From contig CAADVN010000050.1 in the NCBI GenBank assembly GCA_900752445.1, positions 1 through 42,410 of the forward strand: a DNA stretch of 42,410 nt, in the 5' to 3' direction. This stretch comes from an uncultured Oscillospiraceae bacterium (GTDB lineage: Bacteria; Bacillota; Clostridia; Oscillospirales; Oscillospiraceae). A program made the position numbers and the translations under genes. The notes under the pieces are model-generated. The model made no database searches, was not told where the DNA came from, and worked only from the letters and a program-made list of their open reading frames with translations. Positions 36,621-41,378 of this stretch are shown piece after piece (positions within the stretch are counted from its first letter, which is position 1; each line of letters starts with the position of its first letter).

Positions 36621-37565
36621 GTGAAACTAAAAAGATTCTTTTGCGCTTTGCTGATTATGACAATATGCGTATTATTTGCTTCTTGTGATTATTCCGACAA
36701 TGATAAACACTTGGATTTCGCAGATGAATATAGAGAATATGGAAATATGCTTGTTTTAGGCGTTGTCAACGATACAGATTTGACCGAGGACGGAGTTGTA
36801 TATCTTGATTCCATTACAGATAACTTAAACATACAATTTGCAAACTTGACCGAATACGATTCGGAGTACATATTAAAACTGTTTTTGGATTACGAAGAAA
36901 TTGAGTATTTTATTGATGATGAAATCAAAAACGGATATGTTTTTCAAGCAAAATCCGATGAATCGTTGATTATTCCTGTGAAGCTCAATTCATCAATAGA
37001 CTTCAATAATTCTCATATACTCACTGTCGCGGTCTTGACCGCACCAAACAAACACGCAAAAAAAAGTGATTTAATGAGTAATTCCTATGGAATGGTTCTT
37101 AGCTACGAACTTGCTCCGCGTGATGGCACGCGAAGTATCTCAACAAATAAAATATGTAGTGATCCTACAAAATATTTGGAACTAAACTATCAAGGGTTGA
37201 TGTTAAATCTTGATTTTGATGCTGCAAACAATGCTACAACACAATTTCCACCACAGAATATATTTGCAAAGGCTGGGGAAACTATAACATTGGCATACCG
37301 TGCTGGAAACTATGAAAATGCAAGTGAGCTGATGGTCATTGTCCTTATAGATTGGAAACAAAGCCAAATAAATGATGTTAATTCTCTCTATATTAGGAAT
37401 AAGCCCGGATACATAGGTTATGGTGAATTGAACATTACCACTCCACTTCAAGCTGGTGAATACGAAGTGACGGCCTTTGTAGTAGACTCTCCGTTTAGTT
37501 TAAGAGATTTCAATACTTTCCATACTCATGATACAGCATATCGCTTTACTTTAACAGTGCAATAA
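36621..37565 (+). CDS. Hypothetical lipoprotein
   Basis: GTG start after GGGAGAGG. Lipobox VLFASCDYS. 314 aa, Asn/Asp/Ile-rich, no family recognised. Confidence 0.65.
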   Translation: MKLKRFFCALLIMTICVLFASCDYSDNDKHLDFADEYREYGNMLVLGVVNDTDLTEDGVVYLDSITDNLNIQFANLTEYDSEYILKLFLDYEEIEYFIDDEIKNGYVFQAKSDESLIIPVKLNSSIDFNNSHILTVAVLTAPNKHAKKSDLMSNSYGMVLSYELAPRDGTRSISTNKICSDPTKYLELNYQGLMLNLDFDAANNATTQFPPQNIFAKAGETITLAYRAGNYENASELMVIVLIDWKQSQINDVNSLYIRNKPGYIGYGELNITTPLQAGEYEVTAFVVDSPFSLRDFNTFHTHDTAYRFTLTVQ

Positions 37566-37699
37566 AATATCTATAATGAACTACCCGTACCGTTGGCAAC
37601 GGCATAACCGCTAACTTAATACATCAATTATCGTAAATTCAGATAAACAAATGATACTGGGCGGTTAAGCACTCTTGGGCTTGTTCGCCTTGTTGTCAT

Positions 37700-37779
37700 A
37701 AAGCAAAATGGGCGGCAACTGTCAATGGCGGGCGTAGCCCGTTCATGACCGTTGACTGCTACTGCCTGTTTTGCTATCT
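37700..37779 (+). repeat. Direct repeat copy B (right of the cargo block, about 80 nt from the element end)
   Basis: Aligns to 33982-34061. It has the same outer stem (GTCAATGG / CCGTTGAC, one pair becoming G-U) and a different but still self-complementary inner loop (CGGGC-GTA-GCCCG). Confidence 0.7.
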
Positions 37780-37859
37780 CCCCTTTGGCTGTTCGGAATA
37801 GCGGCGGGGCTGCTGTCCTCGTCTGTGTTTGTGGTCTGCTTCTTTATTGCCCTTGCGCG

Positions 37860-38003
37860 TTCGGCCACGAGCTGAACCCCGTCGTGCGCGGCAACGTTGC
37901 GGCAAAGATGGGCTTCGACTGCACATACCCGGTGCCCAAACCGCCCGAGTACACGCGCGTGAGCTTTATGGACGTAGACCCCGGCAAATACGATATACGC
38001 TGA
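37860..38003 (+). pseudogene. ubiD: UbiD-family decarboxylase, 3' remnant (47 codons)
   Basis: FGHELNPVVRGNVAAKMGFDCTYPVPKPPEYTRVSFMDVDPGKYDIR*. The G..L.P....KMG.D.T pattern is the UbiD C-terminal region. It is in phase with the break at 27582. Confidence 0.8.
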
Positions 38004-38039
38004 AAAAGGCCGCGAGCACCAGAGGTGCCCGCGGCTTTT
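38004..38039. terminator. Bidirectional terminator between the ubiD 3' end and the convergent 288-codon ORF
   Basis: AAAAA-GGCCGCGAGCAC-CAGAG-GTGCCCGCGGC-TTTTG, with A and T runs on both sides. Confidence 0.7.
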
Positions 38040-38066
38040 GCCATTGTCTCACGGCTCGCACTCAGG

Positions 38067-38933
38067 TCACAGCACGTATTCCGCCGCGTTTATGACCTTG
38101 GTGCCCGACATGGCGGCGCCTATGCCGAAGAGGTCCATGCCCTTGCCGCCTATTTTCCCGACGTCCTTGCTGACCATGCCTGCCGCGTCCTCCTGCTCCT
38201 CGCTGCACTCTACGACGCCGCAGCTCTCTATGTGCAGGCGAGCCTCTATGAGCTCCGGCGGGATATCGGCGGCGAGCTTAACGATACCGCAATCGCTGAT
38301 CTCCACGCCCTCAGCCTGCTGCTCCAGCATCCGCCTCGTGACCTTCACGATGGGCTTATCCTCAAGTATCGCCCCCTCGGGCTTTACCGTCTTGACCTCG
38401 CCCGATATCCCGGACAGCAGTTCCAGGAGCCTTTCCCTGTGCTGCTGCGGCACGCGCACGTCGCCTCGGACGTTCAGGTATTCCAGCTCGTCCAGCGCGC
38501 CGCCGTCTTCCGGCACGCGCACGTCGCCTATGACATAGAGCTTCCTGCCATGGCGGCGCAGGGCGCCCTTGTCGAGCGCGACGTCGTCCTGCACCACGGC
38601 GGTGCCGTCCGGGACGACGGTGAGCTCCGCCCGCTCATCTATGAGGTCTGCCAGCGCCGCCACCTTCGACTCGGCGACGATGGCCTCCCTCGCGCTGAAC
38701 TTGGCGCCCTTGCTTTTGAGCGCCTCTGCGTCCAGCCCGGCGTCTACCATGATGAGGCGCCTCTCGGCCCAGTACAGCGCGCTTTTGGCACGCAGAGCGA
38801 ACAGCCTGTCGATGACGGCGTTGCGCTTGAGGACTATCGCCCCGTCCGGGTAGCAAGCAATGTCCGTGTCCGGACACTCACGAAACTCAAATACTCCCGG
38901 CCGCTGGGCCGGGAGTATTTTTCGGCGGCGCAT
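38067..38933 (-). CDS. Hypothetical protein with an internal 21-aa duplication (GDVRVP motif)
   Basis: Its composition looks protein-like, unlike the antisense frame. The first ~15 codons overlap a strong hairpin, so the true start may be the ATG at 38750 (MVDAGLD..., with GAGAGG 9 nt upstream). No family recognised. Confidence 0.5.
   Translation of the reverse strand: MRRRKILPAQRPGVFEFRECPDTDIACYPDGAIVLKRNAVIDRLFALRAKSALYWAERRLIMVDAGLDAEALKSKGAKFSAREAIVAESKVAALADLIDERAELTVVPDGTAVVQDDVALDKGALRRHGRKLYVIGDVRVPEDGGALDELEYLNVRGDVRVPQQHRERLLELLSGISGEVKTVKPEGAILEDKPIVKVTRRMLEQQAEGVEISDCGIVKLAADIPPELIEARLHIESCGVVECSEEQEDAAGMVSKDVGKIGGKGMDLFGIGAAMSGTKVINAAEYVL
38889..38922. terminator. Perfect 14-bp-stem hairpin downstream of the rep gene and iterons
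   Basis: AAATACTCCCGGCC-GCTG-GGCCGGGAGTATTT. TTTTTC follows on the plus strand and TTTGAGTTT follows on the minus strand. Confidence 0.6.
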
Positions 38934-38953
38934 ACTTGCGTATGCTTGGTTTT

Positions 38954-39036
38954 CCGTGACAGCCGTGACGACCGTGACGATGTTTTTAAAACAGCGCCGC
39001 TCTTTTCTTAGCCGTCACAGCCGTCGCGGTCGTCAC
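38954..39036. repeat. Iteron array: 3 direct plus 3 inverted nonamers around an AT-rich spacer (candidate replication origin)
   Basis: CCGTGAC occurs at 38954, 38963 and 38972 (9-nt period). The spacer is GATGTTTTTAAAACAGCGCCGCTCTTTTCTTAG. CCGTCAC, CCGTCGC and TCGTCAC follow at 39012, 39021 and 39030 (9-nt period, inverted sense). The last unit overlaps the rep stop codon. Confidence 0.6.
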
Positions 39037-40193
39037 GCCTTTGGGTCAGATTTCGTCAGCGTGATCGTTCTTCCTGAGTGTGTGCGGGTGTTTTCGTAGC
39101 GCACTTTGAAGTCGCTCAGCAGCTTCCCGGCGCGGACATTGAGCCGCATCGCCAGGGCGTTCGGTTTCATGTCAATGCCCAGTTCATCTCGCAGCTCCGT
39201 CGCGCTGCCTTCCCATGTCGGGCTCTCCTCCGTCACGAGCGCCGCCACCTTCTCGAGCATCGGGTCTGGCGGCTCGCGGTACGGCTCCTTGTCCGCGTGG
39301 TCAAAGCACCAAAGCAGCCGCTCCTCGTCGCGCACAAGGTGGATGCGCTGGTCGGGTTGGTCGCGGCCGGAGACGCTGAGCGTGGCCGCGTTATCCGTGC
39401 GGTTCTCCTTGCTGAGCACGAACGCGCCGTCGGCACAGCCGTAGATGCCCGTTGTGCCGGAGATTCTGTCAAACTCGTCGTTCGCCGCAGACTTTCGCGT
39501 GTGGTGAACGATGAGCATGCACAGCCCGAACTTGTCCGCGAGCTGCTTGAGCTGGCCGATGATCTGGTAGTCGTCCCGGTAGCTGTACGCCTCGCCGCTC
39601 AGCTCGCGCACCTTTTGCAGCGTGTCGATGATGATAAGACGTGTGTCCGGGTGCTCGCGCACGAACTTCTCAAGCTGCGCGTCGAGGCCGTTTCCGAGCT
39701 GCTTCGCGCTTATGGCGAAGTGTAATTTATCTGCGCCCTCCACGCCAAACATACGGTACATTCGCCTTTGCAGCCTCTCGTAGCCGTCCTCAAGCGCGAG
39801 GTAGAGCACTGTGCCCTGGTGGACTTCGCAGTCCCAGAGCTTTTGTCCGGTGGCGACGTGGTAGGCGAGCTGCGCCATGAGGAAGGACTTTCCCACCTTC
39901 GGCGCACCTGCGAATATGTAAGTTCCGTTTTGGAGTAATCCTTCGATGACTGGCGGTTTGCTCTCGTAGACTGTGTCGTACAACTCGGCCATCGTCACCG
40001 TCGGCAGGAACGCCGGGTCGTTCATACGGCGCAATTTTCTGTACAATTCCTGCAGATTTTCGTTGCTTTCGGCACCGGGATTTGATATATTGTTGTTGCA
40101 AACATTTGAAAGCGGCTGTCCCGCATCTGCGCCAACAGATGACAAAGGGGCAGCGTTTTCTTTTATCACCTGCTCAGCAAGCAAAGGCATCAC
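39033..40193 (-). CDS. AAA_25/RepA-like RecA-fold ATPase (element replication initiator/helicase candidate)
   Basis: Walker A FAGAPKVGKS, VLYLALED, Walker B RLIIIDTL and MLIVHHTRK, with a C-terminal extension. Confidence 0.85.
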   Translation of the reverse strand: MMPLLAEQVIKENAAPLSSVGADAGQPLSNVCNNNISNPGAESNENLQELYRKLRRMNDPAFLPTVTMAELYDTVYESKPPVIEGLLQNGTYIFAGAPKVGKSFLMAQLAYHVATGQKLWDCEVHQGTVLYLALEDGYERLQRRMYRMFGVEGADKLHFAISAKQLGNGLDAQLEKFVREHPDTRLIIIDTLQKVRELSGEAYSYRDDYQIIGQLKQLADKFGLCMLIVHHTRKSAANDEFDRISGTTGIYGCADGAFVLSKENRTDNAATLSVSGRDQPDQRIHLVRDEERLLWCFDHADKEPYREPPDPMLEKVAALVTEESPTWEGSATELRDELGIDMKPNALAMRLNVRAGKLLSDFKVRYENTRTHSGRTITLTKSDPKA

Positions 40194-40383
40194 CTCCCGT
40201 GTGCCTGTCTATCCAGGCTATCAGCTTGTCCTTCGGCACCAGCTTCCGCTTCCCGATCTGCAGCGTAGGGAAATCCGCGGAATTCAGCAGCTGATACGCC
40301 CCGGCTCTGGATATTCCCAGCGCTTCAGCCAGCATCCCGGCGTTCAGGATATCGGGCAGACTCTCATAGGCTTCTCTTCTCAT
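40174..40383 (-). CDS. Small excisionase/MerR-type HTH (HTH_17) protein
   Basis: LPDILNAGMLAEALGISRAGAYQLLNSADFPTLQIGKRKLVPKDKLIAWI. The best RBS spacing is for the ATG at 40383; the track start is 40413. Confidence 0.75.
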   Translation of the reverse strand: MRREAYESLPDILNAGMLAEALGISRAGAYQLLNSADFPTLQIGKRKLVPKDKLIAWIDRHTGGDAFAC

Positions 40384-40424
40384 TGACATTTCCCCTTTAA
40401 AAAATATTGCCAAGATACATTTTT

Positions 40425-40467
40425 CTTGACAACGATATTATATGGTGATAATATCATATCTGTCAAG
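40425..40467. promoter_or_regulatory. 43-bp palindrome carrying two overlapping divergent promoters (candidate operator/switch)
   Basis: - Plus strand: TTGACA (40426-40431), 17 nt, TAATAT (40449-40454).
- Minus strand: TTGACA (40466-40461), 18 nt, TATAAT (40442-40437).
- Nested inverted repeats: CTTGACA/TGTCAAG and GATATTAT/ATAATATC. Confidence 0.65.
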
Positions 40468-40525
40468 AATAACCGTTCGACATTTGATATAATTCATTAT
40501 TTCATACCAGATTGGAGGTATGCCG

Positions 40526-41326
40526 ATGAAAGTGCCAATTTTTCCGGTCACGCCGAAAGAGGCGGAGGAATACGGCATAGAGAACCGCACGGAGGCGAAC
40601 CGCAACTGTCCATTCGCCAAAAGGCTGGCGCAGCTTCGGCAGGAAAAAGGGCTGACGCAGCAGAAACTTGCGGATATACTCAAGTGCTCCAAGTCCACGA
40701 TAAGTCTTTACGAGACAGGCGACACGGTGCCGGATGCGAAGAACATAGTGGGCCTGTGCGATATTTTCGGCGTGAGTTGTGACTATCTGCTCTGTCAGAC
40801 CGACTACCGCAGGCCGGAGAACGAGAGGCTTACAATTGAGGAAATGGGTTACTCGGAGAAGGCAGCGCAGGCTCTTCATAACCTGGATTTCATAAAACTG
40901 CTCCAACACAGCGGACATATAGAGCTGCCTTTCTCTCCAAAGGCGTCGTTCAATCTCATGTGTGAGGACAAACGTTTCAAAGAAATGATGCTCCTGGTAT
41001 GTGAAGCCTACCAGATGCGGATCGCAGATGCACGCTTTGACCCGAAAGTTGTAGAAAAGGCGAGCAATCTTGAGATAGGCGGCTGCAGAGCTATGCTGTT
41101 TGCGATTGGAGAAGGCAGCGCACCGGTCTCGGACCTTGCAGAGGTGTATTTGCAGCGTGCAAGCGAACTTTTCAAGGACATAGTGCGCGACTTTCCGACG
41201 GAAGACCCGGAAACAGGGGAAGAGTATCAGATGATGATACGGGGCAATATCTACAATCCCGTGCTGAAGAGCAAGTTCAACGACCGGATGTGGGAAAACA
41301 TCGACGAGGAAGAACAGGACGAGTGA
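40526..41326 (+). CDS. XRE-family repressor with a long C-terminal domain
   Basis: HTH FAKRLAQLRQEKGLTQQKLADILKCSKSTISLYETG followed by a ~170-aa C-terminal domain of unknown family. GGAGG lies 7 nt upstream of the ATG at 40526; the track start at 40520 is too close to the RBS. Confidence 0.85.
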   Translation: MKVPIFPVTPKEAEEYGIENRTEANRNCPFAKRLAQLRQEKGLTQQKLADILKCSKSTISLYETGDTVPDAKNIVGLCDIFGVSCDYLLCQTDYRRPENERLTIEEMGYSEKAAQALHNLDFIKLLQHSGHIELPFSPKASFNLMCEDKRFKEMMLLVCEAYQMRIADARFDPKVVEKASNLEIGGCRAMLFAIGEGSAPVSDLAEVYLQRASELFKDIVRDFPTEDPETGEEYQMMIRGNIYNPVLKSKFNDRMWENIDEEEQDE

Positions 41327-41378
41327 GCAAGCGGCTCGGCCTTTTCTTATAATAAAAAAAGAATAAAGGAGGAGTTCT

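Larger units (their letters stand above)
27584..37861 (-). mobile_element. Integrative mobilizable element (~10.3 kb) inserted in ubiD, with a serine recombinase, replication module, relaxase/MobC and AT-rich cargo
   Basis: Boundaries are inferred from where the ubiD frame breaks and resumes. The junctions share a TT dinucleotide (27582-27583 and 37860-37861). G+C is clearly lower than in the flanking DNA. The recombinase gene abuts the left junction. Confidence 0.8.

Noticed and set aside
37752-37859. N-terminal 36 codons of the track ORF 37752-38003
   Set aside because: This is element-derived read-in sequence that includes part of direct repeat copy B. Only the last 47 codons are genuine ubiD sequence.
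38025-39011. 328-aa plus-strand ORF opposite the 288-codon minus-strand ORF
   Set aside because: It is Arg/His/Leu-rich with no motifs, and it crosses the terminator hairpin and the iterons. The minus-strand frame has a more protein-like composition, although that gene is itself only moderately supported.
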